Positions 6,638 to 13,631 of a stretch of DNA of 24,786 bases are shown here, in pieces. This stretch comes from a virus (taxonomy: Duplodnaviria > Caudoviricetes). The position numbers and the translations under genes are program-made. Within the stretch, counting starts at the first letter, position 1; the number at the start of each line of letters is the position of its first letter. The stretch lies in IMG/VR virus record IMGVR_UViG_3300042197_000917, positions 1-24,786 of that record. One strand, 5' to 3'. The notes below the pieces were generated by a model. The model had not been told where the DNA came from and did not search any database. It saw only the letters and a program-made list of their open reading frames with translations.

Positions 6638-7816
6638 TTAGAAAAAATTTGTGTAGGTATCTTTGAATTCTAATTTTTGTCCGGTCATTCCGGAATGAAC
6701 TTGAAAGTAATCTTCATATCCAAAGCACCCTATACGGAAGTAATCATTAGACCTATATTTTTTATCGTGAAATAATGCTTCTTCATAAAATTCTTTAGTA
6801 CCACCAAAGGTTAAATTCATAAACTGATTAGATCTTTTTTTAATATCTTCCCAAAACGGAGTATCATATTTTGACCCATAACCATAATGCCAAGCAACAG
6901 ATATTTCATAGTTATACATTTCTCTATAATATTGTTGGTTATATTTAATATAAGTTTCGTGTTTTTTATCTTCAATAAAATCACAAATAAGATTTGCAAA
7001 ACGACGATAATAGTATAAAGATAATGCCTGCAATGGTTCCAAAAACATCAATCGATTTCCATTGTAAGAACAAAAACGATTTTGAATCATTTTTTTGCAA
7101 TATTTTGGCTCCCAAGATATATGTTTTACATCTTGACAATCAATATTTTTTCTTGCATCTTCAACACTTGTAAATTTTGTATTAAACAAATACCCGTGTT
7201 TAATTATATTTCTATCAGGAAAAGGTAATCCAAATTGCCACCCATTCTCTGTAGCCAAATGGTGTGTATATGGTTGACTATCTTTACATTCTTTGGAATA
7301 AACAAATGCACTATTTACTGTCTCAAAAATTGGTTTTCTATACTCATCTCCTTTGTTCCATCCAGAACAACAGATTAAATGATCATAAAAAATATCATTA
7401 ATAATAATTTTTTCTAAATTTAAATCAATATCATATTTTTCAATTTTAAAAGCACGATATTTTACACCATGTTTCTCTAAAATATCGTGGATAAATTTAT
7501 TAAATATACCACTTTCAAAATGAAAAGCTATAGAATTGTTATTAAAGTAATGTCTAAAAATATTTCCTACTCCCCACCCATTAAATAATACACCATTTTT
7601 AAGAGACACGATATCTTCATTAATCAAATCTCCAATTAAAATATTCAAAGAAGATTTAATTAGTTCTCCAATGTGTGGAGTTGTTGATTCTCCTACGTTT
7701 AAATGTGGTTTATTTGGATCATAATATATTTCAACTTCGTGTCCTCTTTGAAGGCATACTAAAGCGTTAATTATTCCAGAAGTTCCTTTGCCTAAAATTG
7801 CAATTTTCATTTTCAA
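6638..7816 (-). CDS. Flavin-dependent tryptophan halogenase-like protein (PrnA family)
   Basis: GKGTSG FAD motif, VGESTTP, SLKNG (putative catalytic Lys), GWQFGLP, FLEPLQA, TPFW; AT-rich. Confidence 0.8.
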   Translation of the reverse strand: MKMKIAILGKGTSGIINALVCLQRGHEVEIYYDPNKPHLNVGESTTPHIGELIKSSLNILIGDLINEDIVSLKNGVLFNGWGVGNIFRHYFNNNSIAFHFESGIFNKFIHDILEKHGVKYRAFKIEKYDIDLNLEKIIINDIFYDHLICCSGWNKGDEYRKPIFETVNSAFVYSKECKDSQPYTHHLATENGWQFGLPFPDRNIIKHGYLFNTKFTSVEDARKNIDCQDVKHISWEPKYCKKMIQNRFCSYNGNRLMFLEPLQALSLYYYRRFANLICDFIEDKKHETYIKYNQQYYREMYNYEISVAWHYGYGSKYDTPFWEDIKKRSNQFMNLTFGGTKEFYEEALFHDKKYRSNDYFRIGCFGYEDYFQVHSGMTGQKLEFKDTYTNFF

Positions 7817-7825
7817 TACTTGTAA

Positions 7826-7910
7826 CGGAAGGGGTGGGATTCGAACCCACGGAGGCTTTCACCTCGCCGGTTTTCAAGACCGGAGCCATCAACCACTCGA
7901 CCACCCTTCC
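7826..7910 (-). tRNA. tRNA-Ser(TGA)
   Basis: GGAAGGG/CCCTTCC acceptor stem; CCGGT-CT-TGA-AA-ACCGG; long variable arm. Confidence 0.93.
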
Positions 7911-7915
7911 AATAT

Positions 7916-8164
7916 TTATCGAACGTCAAATTCTAATTTACGAACTTTACGTTGTCTTCTTGCTTCCTGAAAAGCAAGATCTTGAGACGAAAGAATACCA
8001 GATTGTTTTTTCTGGTTATTAGATTCTACCACAATTACTTGAGATAAGTCAATCGCAGAGATCTTGTCCTCTTTCACTGACATCTGATTTTGGCAACCGC
8101 AAACCTGTAGTTTGGATGTACCAATCAATTCTTTGTTGCAACACTTGCATCTGACTACTAACAT
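7916..8164 (-). CDS. Conserved cyanophage hypothetical protein with a putative Zn ribbon
   Basis: CKCC...CGC cysteine pairs; C-terminal FQEARRQRKVRKLEFDVR. Confidence 0.7.
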   Translation of the reverse strand: MLVVRCKCCNKELIGTSKLQVCGCQNQMSVKEDKISAIDLSQVIVVESNNQKKQSGILSSQDLAFQEARRQRKVRKLEFDVR

Positions 8165-8264
8165 GATCCAATTTACCTTTAACTTCTTCTAATTCTTCGT
8201 GAATGTCTTGGTGATGAAACCGCAAAGGGCCCTGAATAAGTTTACTGAACGTTTTCTTTTTCAT
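8049..8264 (-). CDS. Hypothetical coiled-coil protein (71 aa)
   Basis: ATG at 8264 follows a late promoter; MKKKTFSKLIQGPLRFHHQDIHEELEEVK; overlaps the next gene by 116 nt. Confidence 0.5.
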   Translation of the reverse strand: MKKKTFSKLIQGPLRFHHQDIHEELEEVKGKLDHVSSQMQVLQQRIDWYIQTTGLRLPKSDVSERGQDLCD

Positions 8265-8287
8265 TATTGCTGGCGCTTCTTTTGAGT

Positions 8288-8295
8288 TATTTATA
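8288..8295 (-). promoter_or_regulatory. T4-type late promoter
   Basis: TATAAATA directly 3' of tRNA-Val. Confidence 0.6.
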
Positions 8296-8296
8296 A

Positions 8297-8368
8297 TGGG
8301 CAATATCGGATTCGAACCAATGACCGTCTGCGTGTAAAGCAGCTGCGCTACCGCTGCGCCAATCGCCC
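8297..8368 (-). tRNA. tRNA-Val(TAC)
   Basis: GGGCGAT/ATTGCCC acceptor stem; CTGC-TT-TAC-AC-GCAG. Confidence 0.92.
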
Positions 8369-8372
8369 TAGG

Positions 8373-8445
8373 CTGCCCCACTTGGACTCGAACCAAGAAC
8401 CCCAGAGTTAACAGCTCCGTGCTCTGCCAATTGAGCTATGAGGCA
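8373..8445 (-). tRNA. tRNA-Asn(GTT)
   Basis: TGCCTCA/TGGGGCA acceptor stem; CGGAG-CT-GTT-AA-CTCTG. Confidence 0.92.
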
Positions 8446-8452
8446 ATTTAGG

Positions 8453-8523
8453 AGCGGGTGACGAGGATCGAACTCGTGATTCCAACTTGGAAGGATGGCG
8501 TGTTACCGCTACACTACACCCGC
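8453..8523 (-). tRNA. tRNA-Gly(TCC)
   Basis: GCGGGTG/CACCCGC acceptor stem, U discriminator; CT-TCC-AA loop. Confidence 0.92.
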
Positions 8524-8533
8524 TTGTAAGACA

Positions 8534-8562
8534 ATTATAGAGTAGTTGAGTATAATTGTCAA
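8534..8562 (-). promoter_or_regulatory. Consensus sigma70 promoter for tRNA-Gly/Asn/Val
   Basis: TTGACA-N17-TATAAT, embedded in the inverted repeat GACAATTATA...TATAATTGTC (8530-8560). Confidence 0.8.
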
Positions 8563-8563
8563 G

Positions 8564-8638
8564 CGTCTCAGGAGGGACTCGAACCCCCGACCAACTGCTT
8601 AGAAGGCAGATGCTCTATTCCGACTGAGCTACTGAGAC
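8564..8638 (-). tRNA. tRNA-Arg(TCT)
   Basis: GTCTCAG/CTGAGAC acceptor stem; CTGC-CT-TCT-AA-GCAG. Confidence 0.93.
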
Positions 8639-8646
8639 ATGAGAGT

Positions 8647-8675
8647 ATTCTATCAGTCCTTGGGGCAGTCGTCAA
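8647..8675 (-). promoter_or_regulatory. Sigma70-type promoter for tRNA-Arg
   Basis: TTGACG-N17-TAGAAT within the 3' end of the upstream ORF. Confidence 0.65.
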
Positions 8676-9048
8676 CCCAAGGAGCACAAAGTCGCATTTC
8701 ACCACCGAGTAGTTCTTGCGCTTTGCTACCGTCAGATGGTTTCTCAACCAACCTTGGTTTAGGCATTCTAACAGTTCCATCATCACCCGTCAAGCGTTCA
8801 TACTCTGCGATGGCCGAGTCTACATCACGCTTAATTCTACGTTCTAACTTCGTAGGATCTTTAATAACAAACTCGTTAAGAATAGTTTGTGGGAAATATT
8901 TTCTTTGAACTTCGTCCAGTAAGTCCCAAAGTCCATTTTGAGATACTCCTGTGCATTGTGAGAGTGCTGCAATAATAGAAGATAATACAATTCCTATGAT
9001 TGCATATTGTTTTATATCTGGTTTTTTATTGCCAAATTTAAAATTCAT
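8653..9048 (-). CDS. Hypothetical protein with an N-terminal membrane anchor
   Basis: YAIIGIVLSSIIAAL hydrophobic helix; C-terminal CAPWVDDC. Confidence 0.7.
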   Translation of the reverse strand: MNFKFGNKKPDIKQYAIIGIVLSSIIAALSQCTGVSQNGLWDLLDEVQRKYFPQTILNEFVIKDPTKLERRIKRDVDSAIAEYERLTGDDGTVRMPKPRLVEKPSDGSKAQELLGGEMRLCAPWVDDCPKD

Positions 9049-10754
9049 GTATTTGGAATATGAACAATTTGATTAATTTCTGGTAGATACAAATATTCCA
9101 ATTCAGATCTTCTTAAAGTATTTAGCGCATCATCAATAGTCTCAACTATTGGATCTCCAGCAAGATTAAAAGATGTGTTGAATAAAATTGGCACATTAGT
9201 TCTTTTATAAAATTCTTCAATTAAATTATAGTAATGATAATTTTGTTCTTCGGTTACAGTTTGAATTCTGCAGGTATTATCTACATGAATAACAGAAGGA
9301 ATAATATCTTTCACTCCAGGTAATGCATCAAAAGAATACATCATGTGTGGAGATTCTTTAATAAAAGACATATCAAACCATTTATGAGATTCTTCTAGTA
9401 ATACAGAACAAGCAAATGGCCTAAAAGGCTCTCTTTTTTTAACTCTATTTACAATATCTTTTCCATTTGCAATTCTTGGATCAAATAATATGCTTCGGTT
9501 TCCTAAAGCTCTTGGACCAGATTCCGCTTTGCCTTGAAAAATAGATACTATATTTCCACCAATCAATAAATCAATTACATCAGAATAATTTACATTTTTA
9601 ATCAACTGCTCATTGGGGGTAATTTGAAAATCATAACTAGGAAAATTTCCACACAAATATAAATTATCTGGTACAATTAATTTTTTTTGATGATTATTAA
9701 TTGAGTATGCTTGACATACTCCAATACTATTTCCCTCATCTCCACACAGAGGATCTACATATAAATTAATTTCTTCTGGAAGGGTTTTTTTAATATAACT
9801 ATTTGCAACAATATTTAAACTTACTCCTCCAGTAAGTATTAAATTTTTACACGAATGTTTTTTTAATAATTTTTGAATAAAATTTATTTCTATTTTTTCT
9901 AAAGTTTTTTGAGTCTCATAGGCAAAATCCAATAATATTTTTTCATTTTCTTCTACATCTGTTTTTAAAAAATTAAATTTGGCCACATTTATTTTATCGC
10001 CACAAAATAAATCAGATTTAAATGAATTTTTATCGGAGATTAAATTTGATAGAAATTTATTTTTTTCTCCATAAGAATGTAATCCCATCAATTTACCACA
10101 ATCTTCTTCGTCATATCCAAAATGTTCGGCAACATGACTATAATAATGCCCAATGTCGTGAGTCTTATAATTTATTTCGTATTCAAAATCCGATTCTATT
10201 TTATAAGATAAATCAGCATCATTTGAAACGTGTTCAGTAAAGAGCAATACCTTTAAATTATCTGAATTAGTTTTAATTTTGGGTTCGGGTCGATATAATT
10301 TTTTACTTAACAATTTTAATCCATTTTTGCATGACGCATGAAAAACGGATGTTGTTTCATATGCCATTGTGCCATCACTCAAATTGTAATTCGATCCCCT
10401 CCCATCCCAAACAACAACTAATGCATCTTCAAAATTAGATGACGAAAATGCTTTGAATGCATGACACATATGATGTGGTTTATGATATCCATAATAATCC
10501 TTTATTTCAAATCCAAGATAACGAGCAACACTATCTACAGCATAATAAACGTCATTATTGTGGTTATACCCCGTTATAAGTAATAAATCTATTTCTGTAG
10601 TTATTTTTTTTATTTCCTGCAAACAATGTACGGGAATTCCCCCACATCTTTTTCTTTTAGATAATCTTTCTTCTTGATTAAAATATACTAAATTTCCACT
10701 ATCAAAAAAACAGGCAGAACTTAGGTGCCCAATATTAACGCCAAGTAGTTTCAT
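9045..10754 (-). CDS. O-carbamoyltransferase (NodU/CmcH/TobZ family)
   Basis: EERLS, HHMCHA, DGRG, GKLMGL, GGVSLN, ESGPRALGNRS, KKREPFRPFA, HVDNTCRIQTV, NTSFN; AT-rich. Confidence 0.92.
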   Translation of the reverse strand: MKLLGVNIGHLSSACFFDSGNLVYFNQEERLSKRKRCGGIPVHCLQEIKKITTEIDLLLITGYNHNNDVYYAVDSVARYLGFEIKDYYGYHKPHHMCHAFKAFSSSNFEDALVVVWDGRGSNYNLSDGTMAYETTSVFHASCKNGLKLLSKKLYRPEPKIKTNSDNLKVLLFTEHVSNDADLSYKIESDFEYEINYKTHDIGHYYSHVAEHFGYDEEDCGKLMGLHSYGEKNKFLSNLISDKNSFKSDLFCGDKINVAKFNFLKTDVEENEKILLDFAYETQKTLEKIEINFIQKLLKKHSCKNLILTGGVSLNIVANSYIKKTLPEEINLYVDPLCGDEGNSIGVCQAYSINNHQKKLIVPDNLYLCGNFPSYDFQITPNEQLIKNVNYSDVIDLLIGGNIVSIFQGKAESGPRALGNRSILFDPRIANGKDIVNRVKKREPFRPFACSVLLEESHKWFDMSFIKESPHMMYSFDALPGVKDIIPSVIHVDNTCRIQTVTEEQNYHYYNLIEEFYKRTNVPILFNTSFNLAGDPIVETIDDALNTLRRSELEYLYLPEINQIVHIPNT

Positions 10755-10775
10755 AATAGAAATGTATGTTTAGAA

Positions 10776-10794
10776 GGGGAGAATTGTTCTCCCC
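10776..10794 (-). terminator. Hairpin between lysozyme and carbamoyltransferase (weak terminator or 5' stabiliser)
   Basis: GGGGAGAA-CAA-TTCTCCCC with a poor U-tail; ATAAATA late-like motif just upstream (10796-10802). Confidence 0.5.
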
Positions 10795-10811
10795 ATATTT
10801 ATTTTATTGTA

Positions 10812-11441
10812 TTAAACTTCTACCTTAATCAGACGGGAAGCATAATCATATGCATAGGAGGTACGAGCACCATGATGCCCCCACCCGATCCAGCTGTACG
10901 CATAGTCCATGTAGCGGTCGATTGATTTGCCAGGAGTTTTCATCTTCTCCTCAATTCGTTGCCACTGAACCTCAGTCGTTAGATAACGAAGTTGCGTTTC
11001 AAGTGTTGATGGTGACCCACCAAACTTTCTAGCAAAATCACCCAATCCATAATAACGGTTGGCAGATGTCCATTGAATCAGTCCGTAACCACGTCCGCAG
11101 TTACTCCAACTGGTTCTGCTACCACCTTCACAAATGTTAGGAATAAAAGTAGATTCCTGACGAATATTGCCCATGATAGTAGCAAGGGCGTTTCTGTCTT
11201 TAATACCACGATCCTGGAAAAATGCCAGGGTAGCATTCTCTTGTTCATTACACCCTTTACAAATTAGCCTTTTTTCTTTTGGCTTCTCTGGAGCAACCTC
11301 CTTGGTCGCTGTCGTTTCAAACTCCTTAATGATTGAAAATGGCACCGGAGGTGCTGTCAAAGGAGGAAAGATCGGCATCGTGGCCACGTTGGTTGTAACC
11401 GATGCCAGAAGGGGCAGGGCTACAGTAAAGAAGTTTTGCAC
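10812..11441 (-). CDS. Phage tail lysozyme-like muramidase with an N-terminal signal/anchor
   Basis: ATIMGNIRQES, GYGLIQWT..RY..L, QLRYL motifs. Probable GTG start at 11441; the longer ORF extension covers a structured leader. Confidence 0.8.
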   Translation of the reverse strand: MQNFFTVALPLLASVTTNVATMPIFPPLTAPPVPFSIIKEFETTATKEVAPEKPKEKRLICKGCNEQENATLAFFQDRGIKDRNALATIMGNIRQESTFIPNICEGGSRTSWSNCGRGYGLIQWTSANRYYGLGDFARKFGGSPSTLETQLRYLTTEVQWQRIEEKMKTPGKSIDRYMDYAYSWIGWGHHGARTSYAYDYASRLIKVEV

Positions 11442-11450
11442 TAAGTTAAA

Positions 11451-11516
11451 TTGAACTCTACATCCCAATAGAGAAAGCGCACTTCCCCCATCTCTGGGGG
11501 CAATCTCCTGGGCTCT
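11451..11516 (-). promoter_or_regulatory. Putative structured cis-regulatory RNA leader of the lysozyme gene
   Basis: Nested pairings GAGC/GTTC, CCCAG/TTGGG, GAGA/TCTC and CCCCCA-GAGA-TGGGGG (GNRA loop); GC-rich against an AT-rich background. Confidence 0.5.
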
Positions 11517-11541
11517 AATTGTCACATCAATGACTCATAAT

Positions 11542-11570
11542 AAAAAACCCACTCTTTAGAAGTGGGTTTT
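11542..11570 (-). terminator. Terminator-like hairpin
   Basis: AAAACCCACT-N7-AGTGGGTTTT followed by TTATTAT. Confidence 0.65.
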
Positions 11571-11574
11571 ATGC

Positions 11575-11603
11575 ATTATAAGTGATTATTTATTATTTGT
11601 CAA
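11575..11603 (-). promoter_or_regulatory. Consensus sigma70 promoter with a nested late motif
   Basis: TTGACA (11603-11598)-N17-TATAAT (11580-11575); ATAAATA lies in the spacer. Confidence 0.75.
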
Positions 11604-11817
11604 GAATGTCAATCTCTTGATCTCCAAATCCAGGGGGTCGCTCTAGCACCAGACACTGCAGGTAGTTGGGACCTTGAGGAATATGAATCCACTCAGCAAA
11701 TTCTTCTGCAATTGCAACTGCATCAAACTGGCTTTGAATATCTCCTTCTGCAAGTTCATGAATACGATCAATACTCCACTCACGAGCATACTTGACTGGT
11801 TCAATCGTCTTTTCCAT
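11593..11817 (-). CDS. Conserved cyanophage hypothetical protein (74 aa)
   Basis: MEKTIEPVKYAREWSIDRIHELAE..AIAEEFAEW; start set at ATG 11817 because the longer ORF overlaps the GIY-YIG gene. Confidence 0.65.
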   Translation of the reverse strand: MEKTIEPVKYAREWSIDRIHELAEGDIQSQFDAVAIAEEFAEWIHIPQGPNYLQCLVLERPPGFGDQEIDILDK

Positions 11818-12247
11818 AGTAATCTTTCCGGAAGTACCTGCTGAGGATGTTGCTATTGTACCACGCTGGGCTTCCATCGTCAAGCGATTCTGTGAGTACG
11901 TTGTTTGCAAATAACTGGCGCGTTTCTTCGAAGTTTGTTTTGCCGCCTGTTTTATGTACTGATAGCATAGTTCGACTAAAATTTTCTCTGCCAAACTTGA
12001 TAACGTCTTCTTTAAGTTCCGGACAAGACCCATAATACTTTTTCCAATCAGATTCAGATTTTACTTTTCGACTTTTACCTTTTGGTTTTCGAAATGACCA
12101 GAAGTATTTTCTTCCAATATATTTTCTACCATTTATCTTATTTTCAATCAGATAAACAAATCCAAAGTTGTCTTCAATGTTTTCGGAGCGAAAGACTTCC
12201 CCATTATAGTACCACGGATTCTCATAGTCAATATCTGTACTCATCAA
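11801..12247 (-). CDS. GIY-YIG nuclease-like protein
   Basis: GFVYLIENKINGRKYIGRK (GIY-YIG variant), YYGS, downstream E and YN motifs. Confidence 0.7.
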   Translation of the reverse strand: MMSTDIDYENPWYYNGEVFRSENIEDNFGFVYLIENKINGRKYIGRKYFWSFRKPKGKSRKVKSESDWKKYYGSCPELKEDVIKFGRENFSRTMLSVHKTGGKTNFEETRQLFANNVLTESLDDGSPAWYNSNILSRYFRKDYYGKDD

Positions 12248-12389
12248 TCATATCAATGACTTCGTTCAGATATTTATGGGCAAGACCTTTCATGTCCATG
12301 TCAGGTCTTATGTGATCCATATAAAGTCTGTTCTTTAACTCTAATACGCGAGTTTTTATTTCTTCTTTAGAAATTTGATTTCTAGGCAT
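12228..12389 (-). CDS. Hypothetical protein (53 aa)
   Basis: Manual translation MPRNQISKEEIKTRVLELKNRLYMDHIRPDMDMKGLAHKYLNEVIDMIDEYRY. Confidence 0.65.
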   Translation of the reverse strand: MPRNQISKEEIKTRVLELKNRLYMDHIRPDMDMKGLAHKYLNEVIDMIDEYRY

Positions 12390-12416
12390 AAAAAAAGAGG
12401 AGACTAATGCTCCTCT
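12390..12416 (-). terminator. Rho-independent terminator after nrdB
   Basis: AGAGGAG-CATTAGT-CTCCTCT followed by a T-run. Confidence 0.75.
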
Positions 12417-12440
12417 ATGTATAAATTATTGTTTGAAATA

Positions 12441-13631
12441 TTACAATTTGAAACCACTAAATGCATCTTTTTTCATATCTTGTTTGATACCACCGACAAC
12501 ATAACTTTCTACTTCTGTTTCCTGGGGAGCCACCTGGAGACCTTTAGAGGAAATCCAGTGCTGAGTCCAAGGAAGAGGATTGTTGTTTGCTGAAATATCG
12601 TATTGTGGTTTAAGTCCTATTGCTTTGAGTCTACGATTTGCAATCCACTCTACGTATTGCTGAAGAAGTTTATCGTTAAGTCCAATCATGCTGCCATCTT
12701 TGAACAGATAATCTGCCCATCTCTTTTCTTCATTTACAGCACGATCAAACATCGCATAAACCCACTCTTCTTCCTCTTTAGCAATTTGCTTCATCTCTGG
12801 ATCATCACCATCACGCCACTTGTTCAGAATGTTTTGCGTGATTGCTAAATGTTGGTTTTCGTCTCTTGCGATAAGAGAGATGATTTTAGCGGATCCTTCC
12901 ATAAGCTTAAGTTCACCAAAGGCGAAACTACAAGCAAAACTAACGTAGAACCGAATACCTTCAAGAATGTTAACGTTTGCGACTGCTCTGTACAACTTTC
13001 GTTTAACATCGTTGAGCGTTTCCTTAGCGTATGGAACTCCTTCAAGATTATGCATCCAAGTATTAGATGCACCATATCCTTGGGCGGAGTTGATGAAATC
13101 ATCATATGATTCCGTGACACTAGCAGATCGTTCAAGAATTCGATCATCTTTGATGATTGTATCAAATACTTCAGATGGATCTGGGTAGATATTCTTGATG
13201 ATATATGTGTATGAACGACTATGGATCATCTCCATAAATCCCCATACCTCCATACAAGCTTCCAGTTCTGGAAGCGAGCAATAAGGAATGAATGCCATAC
13301 CAGGCCCACGACCTTGAACAGAATCAAGCATGATTTGATACTTCAAATTAGAAGTATAAATGTGCTTTTGCTCTGGACGAAGTGTTTGATAGTCTCCACG
13401 ATCTTTTTGAAGAGATACCTCTTCTGGTCTCCAGAAGTATCCTAATTGTTGAGTTGTAAGTTTTTCAAATACTGGATATTTGTATGAATCATATCTTTGG
13501 ATTCCAAGTGGTTTTCCAAAGAACATTGGTTGTTTTTTAGAATCAAAGTGATCAGTATTGAATACTGTCATTCCTTTGACTTGCATTTGTTTTTCTTGGT
13601 TAGAAGTAACTTTAAACTGCACAGGATTCAC
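12441..13631 (-). CDS. nrdB: Ribonucleotide reductase class Ia beta subunit
   Basis: FWRPEEV, LDSVQG, EMIHSRSY (radical Tyr), LEGIRFY, RDENQH, APQETE; start uncertain (GTG 13631 or ATG 13586). Confidence 0.96.
   Translation of the reverse strand: MNPVQFKVTSNQEKQMQVKGMTVFNTDHFDSKKQPMFFGKPLGIQRYDSYKYPVFEKLTTQQLGYFWRPEEVSLQKDRGDYQTLRPEQKHIYTSNLKYQIMLDSVQGRGPGMAFIPYCSLPELEACMEVWGFMEMIHSRSYTYIIKNIYPDPSEVFDTIIKDDRILERSASVTESYDDFINSAQGYGASNTWMHNLEGVPYAKETLNDVKRKLYRAVANVNILEGIRFYVSFACSFAFGELKLMEGSAKIISLIARDENQHLAITQNILNKWRDGDDPEMKQIAKEEEEWVYAMFDRAVNEEKRWADYLFKDGSMIGLNDKLLQQYVEWIANRRLKAIGLKPQYDISANNNPLPWTQHWISSKGLQVAPQETEVESYVVGGIKQDMKKDAFSGFKL

Noticed and set aside
7826-7910. TGA in the tRNA anticodon loop as a suppressor or selenocysteine tRNA
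   Set aside because: Anticodon UGA reads the serine codon UCA; a UGA-stop reader would need anticodon UCA. No recoded stops are evident in the genes.
5471-8638. tRNA cluster as a prophage or island attachment site in a bacterial chromosome
   Set aside because: There is no integrase or duplicated tRNA 3' end; T4-like core genes and late promoters indicate a lytic phage genome.
11818-12033. Long N-terminal extension of ORF 11593-12033
   Set aside because: It lies out of frame inside the GIY-YIG gene; the ATG at 11817 gives a normal short overlap.
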